The translations under genes and the position numbers were made by a program. 64,000 nt of DNA from an uncultured virus (IMG/VR IMGVR_UViG_3300025390_000008) (taxonomy: Duplodnaviria > Heunggongvirae > Uroviricota > Caudoviricetes): IMG/VR virus record IMGVR_UViG_3300025390_000008; one strand, written 5' to 3'. Every line of letters starts with the position of its first letter. The first letter of the stretch is position 1. Positions 6,470 to 14,311 of the stretch are shown piece by piece. The notes under the pieces were generated by a model, which did not search any database, was not told where the DNA came from, and was given only the letters and a program-made list of their open reading frames with translations.

Positions 6470-8851
6470 ATGAGTAGCTTAAATTTGCGCGACTACCAAG
6501 CGCAGGCGATAGAGTCTCTGCGAAGGGGCTTTGCGGCGGGATACAGGACACAGATCCTGGTTGCGCCCACAGGGGCAGGCAAGACCGAGATGGCCATTGC
6601 CCTGCTAGAGGCGGCCATGAACAAGGGCAGTAACAGCTCGATGATCTTGGACCGCATTGTCTTGTGTGACCAGACCAGTAAGCGGCTGGAGAAATACAAG
6701 ATTGATCACGGCGTTCTACAGGCTGGGCATTGGCGATACCGACCGTATGAAAAGATACAGGTCTGCTCGGCCCAGACGCTGGAGAGTCGCGGGGATTTCC
6801 CTGACCTCAAGCTCATGATCGTAGATGAGTGCCACCAAACCAGAGCGGCCACGGTGGAGTTCATTAAGAACAACCCGAGCATCAAGGTGATCGGCCTAAC
6901 AGCCACGCCCTTTACCAAGGGTCTTGGAAATATTTACGAGCATGTGGTCTCGCCCATCACGACCAAGCAGCTGGTGGAGCAGGGCAGTCTGGTTCCGCTT
7001 CGTGTATTCATTGCCAAAGAGATCGACATGACGGGGGCCAAGAAGGTCGCTGGCGAGTGGTCTCAGAAAGAATCCACAGAGCGCGGGCTCAAGATCACGG
7101 GTGACGTGGTGGCTGAGTGGATCAAAAAGACCCATGAGATATTCAAGCGTCCGGTCAAGACCGTGGTGTTTGCCTCGGGGGTAAAGCACGCAGAGGACTT
7201 GTCACGCAAGTTTGCGGAGCAGGGATACAACTTCATCAGCATTAGTTACAAGGATGCCGATGACTTCAAGCGTGACGTGGTCGAAGACTTTTCCAAGCCC
7301 GATACAGAGATTCATGGGCTCATAGCCACAGACATATTGACCAAGGGATTTGATTGTGTTCTGGAGGGATCTCGCGTCCTGACTGAAAGAGGACTTGTTG
7401 CCATTGACCAAATTTTGTTAAATGATAAGATATGGGATGGTGTGGAGTTTGTTTCCCATCATGGTGTTATTTACAAAGGAGTGAGAGATGTCATCACATA
7501 CGCCGGACTTACAGCCACCCCAGATCACAAAGTCAAAACAGCACAAGGATGGATTGAATTTGGTGAATGTGCGAGACGTGGAATTCCAATCATTAAAACC
7601 GGAAATGGTGGGCAAGCGATTCAAGAACATGAAGGTCAGTTCTCCTTTGGTCTATCTTGCCAACAGACAGACCAACAAAGAGCAACTGATGTGCGAGTGT
7701 CTGGATTGTGGCCGCTTGGAATTGGTGCTTATTTCCATGTTGTATGCGCCTCAATGGGCTGGTTGTTCGGATTGCGCTGCTCCACAGTGGCTTGTTCGTC
7801 GATGCAAGGCGCAGAAAGCCAGATGCACGGATCCATTGCATCCGTCTTATCGGGATTATGGCGGACGAGGAATTCGCTTCATGTTCAGCAGTCCAAGACT
7901 GGCGGCGCAATGGATAAAGAAGAATATTGGAATACCAGAAAAAATATCAATCAACATACATCTGGACAGGATCAACAACAATGGTCATTACGAACCTGGA
8001 AATCTACGTTGGTCAACTCGGCAAGAGAACAACTCTCATACGCGTCGAAGCAAGTATGTAGAGCGATTTCATTTGTTTCGTCTAAATTATCCAGAGATCA
8101 AATACGCAGACAAGACCCTCAGAAATTTGATGGGCTACGGCCTCAGCGACCAGCAGATCATCGAGAGATTCCATCTTCCATCAGACAAGCCAAAGGGCGT
8201 GTATGGGACATACTCAACTGCGGTCCCAGAAATTGCTTTACTTGCGAAGACCTCCTGATTCATAACTGCGCCGATGTTTTTATAGGTATATCTGCTAGGC
8301 CCTTCAGTAAATCATTGTCGTCGCACATTCAACAGATGGGTCGGGTCATGCGTCCGTCTCCTGGAAAATCCTTCGGTGTCTGGCTTGACCATTCGGGCAA
8401 CTACATTCGTTTCCGAGAGGATTGGGATGATGTGTTTGCGAACGGTGTATCTGAGCTGGATGATGGCAAGGAGAAGGCCAAGAAGGAGAAGACAGACAAG
8501 GAGAAGGAGGCGGCCAAGTGTCCGAAGTGTGGCGCGTTGTGGCGGAGCAGTAGTGACACCTGCGCCCATTGTGGCTACATCAAGGAGACCAAGAAGAAGT
8601 TGGCAAGTGTTCCAGGTGAGATGGAAGAATTAACAGCCAATGCAAACCGAGACGAGAAGCAGGAGTTTTGGTCTGAGCTGCAATACAAAGTGAAGGTTGA
8701 GGGTTGGAACCCAGGTCGAGCGGCGCATACCTACAGGGACAAGTTCGGGGTTTGGCCTAGGGGTTTACACGATAACGTTCGAGTGCCAAGTTTGGCCACA
8801 GAGCGGTTCATTAAGTCTAGAATTATTGCCTACATGAAAGGGAAGAAGTGA
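6470..8851 (+). CDS. SF2 DEAD/DEAH helicase with C-terminal Zn finger, containing an intein
   Basis: LRDYQ, APTGAGKT, IVDECH, GLTATP, TKGFD, QQMGRVMR, CPKC..CAHC. Confidence 0.92.
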   Translation: MSSLNLRDYQAQAIESLRRGFAAGYRTQILVAPTGAGKTEMAIALLEAAMNKGSNSSMILDRIVLCDQTSKRLEKYKIDHGVLQAGHWRYRPYEKIQVCSAQTLESRGDFPDLKLMIVDECHQTRAATVEFIKNNPSIKVIGLTATPFTKGLGNIYEHVVSPITTKQLVEQGSLVPLRVFIAKEIDMTGAKKVAGEWSQKESTERGLKITGDVVAEWIKKTHEIFKRPVKTVVFASGVKHAEDLSRKFAEQGYNFISISYKDADDFKRDVVEDFSKPDTEIHGLIATDILTKGFDCVLEGSRVLTERGLVAIDQILLNDKIWDGVEFVSHHGVIYKGVRDVITYAGLTATPDHKVKTAQGWIEFGECARRGIPIIKTGNGGQAIQEHEGQFSFGLSCQQTDQQRATDVRVSGLWPLGIGAYFHVVCASMGWLFGLRCSTVACSSMQGAESQMHGSIASVLSGLWRTRNSLHVQQSKTGGAMDKEEYWNTRKNINQHTSGQDQQQWSLRTWKSTLVNSAREQLSYASKQVCRAISFVSSKLSRDQIRRQDPQKFDGLRPQRPADHREIPSSIRQAKGRVWDILNCGPRNCFTCEDLLIHNCADVFIGISARPFSKSLSSHIQQMGRVMRPSPGKSFGVWLDHSGNYIRFREDWDDVFANGVSELDDGKEKAKKEKTDKEKEAAKCPKCGALWRSSSDTCAHCGYIKETKKKLASVPGEMEELTANANRDEKQEFWSELQYKVKVEGWNPGRAAHTYRDKFGVWPRGLHDNVRVPSLATERFIKSRIIAYMKGKK
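7355..8266 (+). mobile_element. intein (304 aa) in helicase motif V
   Basis: begins C (CVLEGSRVLT), block B TATPDH, block F VWDILN, ends LIHN followed by Cys+1; removal restores TKGFD|CADV. Confidence 0.92.
7488..8258 (+). CDS. HNH homing endonuclease encoded in the +1 frame inside the intein
   Basis: AAGGAG-6nt-ATG; CECLDCG, CSDC, RCTDP..YRDYGGRGI, LDRINNNGHYEPGNLRWST..ENN. Confidence 0.88.
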   Translation: MSSHTPDLQPPQITKSKQHKDGLNLVNVRDVEFQSLKPEMVGKRFKNMKVSSPLVYLANRQTNKEQLMCECLDCGRLELVLISMLYAPQWAGCSDCAAPQWLVRRCKAQKARCTDPLHPSYRDYGGRGIRFMFSSPRLAAQWIKKNIGIPEKISINIHLDRINNNGHYEPGNLRWSTRQENNSHTRRSKYVERFHLFRLNYPEIKYADKTLRNLMGYGLSDQQIIERFHLPSDKPKGVYGTYSTAVPEIALLAKTS

Positions 8852-9717
8852 TGGATTTCCTGCAGTTCGCAAGGGCCAAAGGGCTCTTGATGGAAACGTT
8901 ACCACCGATCGGGGTATGGAAAAGATACGCAACAGAAGACCATCCATCTAAGCGCAACGGCTCTGCCAAATACATGGGCACACATGGATTCGTAGTCAAC
9001 CATGCAATGGACACAAGCGCGGACACCTGGAGGCCAGACAGTTCTTATGTAATGGACGCTGCAAAGCAAGCCGAGCTGGCCAGACAGGCGCGTGAAGCTG
9101 AGTTACGAACACAGGAATTGAACCGAGAGGCGGCGCAGAAGGCGGCATGGATACTGAAGCAGTCCCGCTTCGGCCGCCATAAGTATCTGATCAACAAAGG
9201 ATTTCCAGACGAGGAGGGTAATGTCTGGAACCAGGATGGTCGGTCATTGTTAATAATTCCAATGCGGCTCGGTGCGCGGCTGGTCGGATGCCAAATGATT
9301 GACGAGCAGGGGCAGAAGAAATTTCTGTTCGGCCAACGGACAAGTAATGCGTCCTTCGTGTTCGACAACAAAGGCCCCAACATATTGTGCGAGGGGTATG
9401 CCACAGCGTTGAGCGTTCGGGCTGCCTTACGCGCCATGAAGCGGCGGTATACGATTCATGTTTGCTTTAGTGCGTCCAACATGATCAAGGTCGCTGCTGG
9501 TCTGCCATCGGGGCTGGTGATTGCGGACAATGATTCGTCGGCCACAGGGGAGAGGGCGGCCAAGCAGATTGGTTGGCCATACTGGATGTCGTCGGTCATA
9601 GGCAATGACGCAAACGACGATATGCAGGCCCAGGGAATCTATAAATTCTCTCAGGGCCTGGTCAGGTCATTGCACCTTCTGGTTGGCCACAATGAACGGT
9701 TGAACGGCCAGAATTAG
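8851..9717 (+). CDS. Toprim-domain DNA primase
   Basis: LLIIPM..LVGCQMI..KKFL, ILCEGYATALS, IADND, NDAND. Confidence 0.85.
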   Translation: MDFLQFARAKGLLMETLPPIGVWKRYATEDHPSKRNGSAKYMGTHGFVVNHAMDTSADTWRPDSSYVMDAAKQAELARQAREAELRTQELNREAAQKAAWILKQSRFGRHKYLINKGFPDEEGNVWNQDGRSLLIIPMRLGARLVGCQMIDEQGQKKFLFGQRTSNASFVFDNKGPNILCEGYATALSVRAALRAMKRRYTIHVCFSASNMIKVAAGLPSGLVIADNDSSATGERAAKQIGWPYWMSSVIGNDANDDMQAQGIYKFSQGLVRSLHLLVGHNERLNGQN

Positions 9718-9909
9718 GGGGTTTTCCTTTTCGGCCATAGCGAGGTGGTGCATTATTTCCATGCCTACTTCAAGGGCCATTTGGCCTTCGCCCGCATGGT
9801 CGGCCATAGCGTATACAAAGCCGGTGTCGTCTTCGGCCAGGGTGATACTAAATATTGAGCGGGGCTTCATAAATTCGGATGATAACGGTTTGCGCGCCTG
9901 GTCGGTCAT
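9667..9909 (-). CDS. hypothetical protein
   Basis: last gene of leftward cluster, converging on the primase; start uncertain. Confidence 0.5.
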   Translation of the reverse strand: MTDQARKPLSSEFMKPRSIFSITLAEDDTGFVYAMADHAGEGQMALEVGMEIMHHLAMAEKENPLILAVQPFIVANQKVQ

Positions 9910-10111
9910 AGAGCATCGCGGTTTTGTGGATAGCGCGCACAATGAAAGCCCGCGACGGGGCTTCCATTTCGAGGGTGAATCTGTGCGGGCCTTGCTGCAG
10001 GTCGGCGCGCCAGATCACGGGCGCCAAACCATCAGGTCGCAGGCGGCCACAATGAGCGCGGCCAAGTAAACGAGCGCGAGAATTATTTTAAATTTGGTCC
10101 AAGGCATGGGT

Positions 10112-10294
10112 TTAGCTCCTTTGCCATTGGGTGGCCTTGCGTGCTTCATGGCGGCCAATATCGATCAGGCGTCGGGCTTCGGTCCGGTCGTTGATTTTTT
10201 CGGCTTGGATCATTAGTCGCAGGATCTCGGCCGGGGTTTTCCCCCTTTCGTATCTGTATCCGGCGTCAATGTAGGCGTGTTCGGTGTGTTTCAT
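10112..10294 (-). CDS. hypothetical protein
   Basis: MKHTEHAYIDAGYRYERG; coupled to upstream ORF. Confidence 0.6.
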   Translation of the reverse strand: MKHTEHAYIDAGYRYERGKTPAEILRLMIQAEKINDRTEARRLIDIGRHEARKATQWQRS

Positions 10295-10434
10295 GTTGTC
10301 ACTTCCTCATTTTTGCCAAAATAAAAAAACTGCGTCTTATTTGCTACCCATGCGGTTCGACTAGATTTTTTAATCCAAATCCCCCCAGCGAAATAAAACT
10401 TATCGCCTATTGTTATCTCTTTAAAAGTTTTCAT
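10291..10434 (-). CDS. small hypothetical protein
   Basis: MKTFKEITIGDKFYF..WIKKSSRTA; ATGA overlaps. Confidence 0.55.
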   Translation of the reverse strand: MKTFKEITIGDKFYFAGGIWIKKSSRTAWVANKTQFFYFGKNEEVTT

Positions 10435-10607
10435 GCTGTCACCTTGTCGAGTTGGTTAAGTTTTTCCTGTAAGCGTTCAATGGCTCTCATGCACCGTTCT
10501 TTCTGCATTTTGTCGGGCGTATAGGCGATGATGTGTTTCTGCCAATCAATGTCGCGCTGTAATCCTTGGCGGATGATTTCGGCTCTGGTCAATTGAAAAG
10601 TGTTCAT
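10431..10607 (-). CDS. small hypothetical protein
   Basis: MNTFQLTRAEIIRQG; ATGA overlaps. Confidence 0.55.
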   Translation of the reverse strand: MNTFQLTRAEIIRQGLQRDIDWQKHIIAYTPDKMQKERCMRAIERLQEKLNQLDKVTA

Positions 10608-10780
10608 TCTTTCACCTGTAAAAGTTCGGTTCTAATTGTTTCTTGGTCGTAGTTTTCATCTGGTTCCGGCTCAACCGTGAATTGATCGTGTGCGGTCATT
10701 TCGGCCTCGGCTTCGCTGTTGGCCATGATTTCGACTGTTTTGGTGATCGTGGCCTGTATGGTTACGGCGTAAAGTTTCAT
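10604..10780 (-). CDS. small hypothetical protein
   Basis: MKLYAVTIQATITKTVEIMANSEAEA; SD GGAGG. Confidence 0.6.
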   Translation of the reverse strand: MKLYAVTIQATITKTVEIMANSEAEAEMTAHDQFTVEPEPDENYDQETIRTELLQVKE

Positions 10781-10788
10781 GCTTCCTC

Positions 10789-11055
10789 CTAGGCGTAACG
10801 TTTCTCAATGATTTCAACGGCGTAATTAACAGCGTGGAAAAAGTCCTGCGGGTAGAATTTCCGGCTGACGTAGGCCAGAGCCTCGCGGATTTGTTGGTCG
10901 GTCGGTTTTAAATCACTTTCAATATCTGCAAGATGATTTGTAATGTCATCGGGCGTGACAGTTAGCATTTCATAGTGTCCGAGCTTCTCGTTTATTTGCT
11001 TTTTCAGCTTGTAGAGTTCGGCGTTTGTCATTTGGTCAAGGTTAAATTGTGTCAT
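10789..11055 (-). CDS. hypothetical protein
   Basis: MTQFNLDQMTNAEL; GGAG upstream. Confidence 0.6.
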   Translation of the reverse strand: MTQFNLDQMTNAELYKLKKQINEKLGHYEMLTVTPDDITNHLADIESDLKPTDQQIREALAYVSRKFYPQDFFHAVNYAVEIIEKRYA

Positions 11056-11056
11056 T

Positions 11057-11242
11057 TCATGCTCCATTCTTTGCGATTAAATTAAAAGTTTTCCAGTATG
11101 CGAGGGCGTTTTTGTAGTCGTCCGTTCGCACTTTGTCGGTTAGGTTTCCGGCGGCGTTGTAAAGTTTCACAACCCAAAGCCCATCGTGATAAACCTTGTC
11201 TAAAACAGTCCAGCAGCCATTTTTTTGGGTTTTTATTTTCAT
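11057..11242 (-). CDS. hypothetical protein
   Basis: MKIKTQKNG..DKVRTDDY; SD GGGAG. Confidence 0.55.
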   Translation of the reverse strand: MKIKTQKNGCWTVLDKVYHDGLWVVKLYNAAGNLTDKVRTDDYKNALAYWKTFNLIAKNGA

Positions 11243-11252
11243 GTCTCTCCCC

Positions 11253-11426
11253 TTAATAACGTGATGCGGGCACGCCATTGGCGCGGGCTTTGGTGATTGC
11301 GATCTGTGCGGCGCGATAGCTTTTTAACGTCCGGCCTATAAAATGTCCCGTGTCGTCCGTGATATAGCAGGCGGCACGGTCGCAGCGCCCCTGTATAAAC
11401 ATTCCGTTGTAATAGTGCGTAAACAT
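11253..11426 (-). CDS. hypothetical protein
   Basis: MFTHYYNGMFIQG..KSYRAAQIAITK; SD AAGGAG. Confidence 0.55.
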   Translation of the reverse strand: MFTHYYNGMFIQGRCDRAACYITDDTGHFIGRTLKSYRAAQIAITKARANGVPASRY

Positions 11427-11435
11427 GGCGTCTCC

Positions 11436-11762
11436 TTAGTGCTGGCGATAAACAAACCCGCCGGACACTTCACCAACTAAAACGCCCTCATCCTCTAAAT
11501 ACTGGCGCACTTGCTCGGCTTGTTCGTCCTCGTTTTCGTTTTCGTCAATTTCTATTGAGTAATCAGCGGCGATTGATTGCCAAGAGCCCTCGGCAAAGTC
11601 GCAACAAATAGCGATCACATCTAGTTCCAAATCCTCTCCGGCATCAGCTTCCCAATTCTCCAAATACTCAAAAAGAACGCTTAACCCCTCATAAGAAAAG
11701 TTTTCAGGGCGCAGGGATTTAAAAGCGTTTTCAAAATCAGAACGATAAACGGTTTGCTTCAT
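11436..11762 (-). CDS. acidic hypothetical phage protein
   Basis: NFSYEGLSVLFEYLE..ELDVIAICCDF. Confidence 0.7.
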   Translation of the reverse strand: MKQTVYRSDFENAFKSLRPENFSYEGLSVLFEYLENWEADAGEDLELDVIAICCDFAEGSWQSIAADYSIEIDENENEDEQAEQVRQYLEDEGVLVGEVSGGFVYRQH

Positions 11763-11842
11763 TTCTCTCATCCTTTCGGTTTGTTACTGTTCGGGCGGTT
11801 GCCCCGTAAACCCTGACCAGCAGGGCTTACAGTGCAGGGCGC

Positions 11843-12010
11843 TTAGAATTCCTCAGCGTAATCCTCAAGTGACGTTACAAGCCCGTCAAAATCCTCAGAA
11901 GGGCCAAGCATGGCGGCGAGGGCGTAAACAGTTTCTCGGGGGTATTCTTCACACAGGCTGTCGAGGTAGGCGCGGCGATTGGCGAAGCCGTTGGCGGTGT
12001 AATCGTTCAT
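11843..12010 (-). CDS. small acidic protein
   Basis: MNDYTANGFANRRAYL..LGPSEDFDGLVT; SD AGGAG. Confidence 0.6.
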   Translation of the reverse strand: MNDYTANGFANRRAYLDSLCEEYPRETVYALAAMLGPSEDFDGLVTSLEDYAEEF

Positions 12011-12022
12011 TTTCATTTCTCC

Positions 12023-12241
12023 TTAGTTGCTGAGTAATTGACCTGAGCGGCCTTTGGTCATGGAGTGGTTAAAAATCATGGTCGGTGAATAGTCGGGCGG
12101 GAATAGGATCGATTCCGTCCATGTGAAGTGTTCCAAAGTGTCGGGCTTTGCCTCAGGCTCGAAAATCCAGCCTCCTGTGCCGTGTTCATGGCGATAGTCG
12201 CGGGCTGCTTGTGCTGTGGGGAATGTGCGGAATGTGTGCAT
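12023..12241 (-). CDS. hypothetical protein
   Basis: MHTFRTFPTAQAARDYRHEHGTGGWIF; SD AAGGA. Confidence 0.55.
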   Translation of the reverse strand: MHTFRTFPTAQAARDYRHEHGTGGWIFEPEAKPDTLEHFTWTESILFPPDYSPTMIFNHSMTKGRSGQLLSN

Positions 12242-12252
12242 TGGGTGTCCTT

Positions 12253-12462
12253 TCATTGGTTGCGGCCAGCTATCAAGCGGCCGGTGAATCGGTTGTGAAT
12301 GCGTGCGGTTGGGCTGCAGGCTGCAAGCCAGGCCAGGGCTTCGGACCAGGTCCAAGCGGTGCGGTCGGTCCCGTAGGTGTCGGTTATGCGATACATGTCA
12401 AACCCCGGCGCAAACATAAAGCCAATGAGTCGCGTCGCGTTTGGTTGAATATTCGCGGTCAA
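12253..12462 (-). CDS. hypothetical protein
   Basis: ORF in leftward cluster; start uncertain. Confidence 0.45.
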   Translation of the reverse strand: MTANIQPNATRLIGFMFAPGFDMYRITDTYGTDRTAWTWSEALAWLAACSPTARIHNRFTGRLIAGRNQ

Positions 12463-12598
12463 GTTTCCACCGTTCGGCCGTTTTTTCCCAAACCTGCCAG
12501 GCGATGTTAGGCGTCGCGTTTCCGTTGTAGTTTTCCTGGCGGACCAGGTAAAAATTCTTTTCGCGGTTTTTGATTGTTTCGGGTGTTGGTGTTTGCAT
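12398..12598 (-). CDS. hypothetical protein
   Basis: 66-aa ORF in leftward cluster. Confidence 0.45.
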   Translation of the reverse strand: MQTPTPETIKNREKNFYLVRQENYNGNATPNIAWQVWEKTAERWKLDREYSTKRDATHWLYVCAGV

Positions 12599-12636
12599 GG
12601 TGTTTTCTCTAGGTAAGGGGCCTTGGCCCCGTTGGT

Positions 12637-12825
12637 TTAAACAATGAATTCCGGGTTGTTGGTGATGTTGTGCTCAGTGGCCAGGACCAGAATTTCAAGC
12701 TTGGTGGCCTTGCTACGGGTGGCGCGATAAAGGGCTGACAATGCGCGGGCCAGGTAATCGGCGCCGAGTCCGGCTGCAGCGAATTGCAGGGCTTTGTTAA
12801 TCTCGCGGGTTTCTGATTTGGTCAT
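12637..12825 (-). CDS. hypothetical protein, first gene of leftward cluster
   Basis: MTKSETREI..ARALSALYRA; AAGG SD. Confidence 0.65.
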   Translation of the reverse strand: MTKSETREINKALQFAAAGLGADYLARALSALYRATRSKATKLEILVLATEHNITNNPEFIV

Positions 12826-12878
12826 GGTTTGCCTTTCGGTTGGTTGCTTAAGGTGTGTTATCAGTTAGCACAGGTGTT

Positions 12879-12906
12879 AATGTAGCAGTTATATTGCATG
12901 TGTCAA
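12879..12906 (-). promoter_or_regulatory. putative early leftward promoter
   Basis: TTGACA-16bp-TACATT on minus strand. Confidence 0.55.
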
Positions 12907-13167
12907 CGGATGATATAGGTTCTTTACAATTCTTTACATGGCATACAGTAAAACCACTGTATAGACAAGGCCCGAAGGATCGCGGCGCGATTCGAGCGGC
13001 TCAGGCGAAGCCGTGCGGCCTGTGTGTGGCCAAGGTGGAATTATTACCAGGGAGAGAGATCCGACAGGGTGGAAACGTTACCAGGGGACCGGCTGCAGGG
13101 ACCAGAGATAAACCCGGCCAGGCGTGCTAGGTTTTTTTTCTGTTTTTGTTCTGGTAGTCTCGCGGGC

Positions 13168-13854
13168 ATGAAAGCAACACCGACACCGAAAGAGCCGCGC
13201 CCCCTGAGCCGAAGGCAGGCAGCTGAAGCGATGGAACAGCTCCCCTTGTCTGAAGTATTAGGGAACGCAGTAACAAGGGAGCTAACACACAAACAAAGAC
13301 AATTCGCCCACCACTTGGCAAGGGGTGAAACAGGCGCTCAGGCCTACCGCCTCGTTTACTCCAAGACAGCGAAACCCACTACAGCCGGAAACCATGCGAG
13401 CCGATTTAAGAAGGACGCCCGAATAATGACCGAAGCCGAAGCCTACAGACAAGCATTAGAGGGGGAAAAACAGCGCACACCTGCCGCCCTGCGTGCTTTG
13501 GTAATAAAAACGCTCGTTGACGTGATGATAAACCCAGAGACGCCGCCCGCCGTGAAGATCAACGCAGCGAAGGTGGCCGGACAGATAACCGAAGTGAGCG
13601 CCTTCACCGAGCGCACCGAAGTGAGAACGATCTCCAGCTCAGAGGATGCGAAGGCAAAGATATTCGAAGAGCTTAGACGCCTCAGTAATGCCCAAGCCGT
13701 TGACGTTGACGTGATCCGCTCGGCTGATTCGCTCCTGGATGAGCTCAACGCCGCCGCCATGCCAGAGCCGCAGGTCGTGGAATCCGCCGATGAGCCGACC
13801 CCACCCACCCCCCACCCCCCTCTTTCGACCGGTGGCACCGGCGCTCGGCCATGA
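13168..13854 (+). CDS. terS: terminase small subunit
   Basis: LTHKQRQFA..GETGAQAYRLVYS HTH motif; upstream of terL. Confidence 0.75.
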   Translation: MKATPTPKEPRPLSRRQAAEAMEQLPLSEVLGNAVTRELTHKQRQFAHHLARGETGAQAYRLVYSKTAKPTTAGNHASRFKKDARIMTEAEAYRQALEGEKQRTPAALRALVIKTLVDVMINPETPPAVKINAAKVAGQITEVSAFTERTEVRTISSSEDAKAKIFEELRRLSNAQAVDVDVIRSADSLLDELNAAAMPEPQVVESADEPTPPTPHPPLSTGGTGARP

Positions 13855-14002
13855 ACATTATTCCCCACCCTCTGTCACCTAGTTTGTGGAAAACCACCCC
13901 CATGCTCGCCAAACAGCGGACCCACGGGGGGGTATCCCAAGTGGAATTATTAACAGCTTGCTTAGACAATAGTTGCTTAGTCAAGGTGTTAATATTACCA
14001 GC

Positions 14003-14311
14003 ATGAAGAAAGTTTTGATTAACAGGGCGATGGTTAGGAGACGTCGGGAGAAGACGTTTGAGGAATGTATGGAGGCTGGTATGACGCCTATGCAGACGGA
14101 AGTGTTTATTGTTATAGATGAGTTTTGGAAGCGGTATGGGTATGGGCCGTCTCTACGAAACATTGCTGTTGCCCGTGGGAAGATGGGTTTGGGGAACACG
14201 AAGGAGATCGTGGATAGGTTAGTGCGCCTTGGTGTGGTTAAGAGGGTAGAGGGGGCTGCTCGGTCGGTGAGGCCGGTGTATATCAATTTTAGGGAGTTGG
14301 ATGTTGAGTGA
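14003..14311 (+). CDS. LexA-N-like winged-helix DNA-binding protein (no peptidase domain)
   Basis: MTPMQTEVF..I..F..YGYGPSLRNIA..G..L.RLG.VKR resembles the LexA DNA-binding domain. Confidence 0.7.
   Translation: MKKVLINRAMVRRRREKTFEECMEAGMTPMQTEVFIVIDEFWKRYGYGPSLRNIAVARGKMGLGNTKEIVDRLVRLGVVKRVEGAARSVRPVYINFRELDVE

Noticed and set aside
7488..8258. Sequencing frameshift as the explanation for the out-of-frame HNH
   Set aside because: Both frames are open end to end, and the HNH ORF has its own SD, start and stop; two exactly compensating errors would not leave both intact.
12944..12970. Host LexA SOS box near CTGTATAGACAAGG
   Set aside because: The right half-site ACAG is missing at the required spacing; only a short TACAGT/ACTGTA inverted repeat is present.
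13024..13167. N-terminal extension of terS in the ORF track
   Set aside because: It runs through palindromic sites and a T-rich tract; ATG 13168 is the more plausible start.
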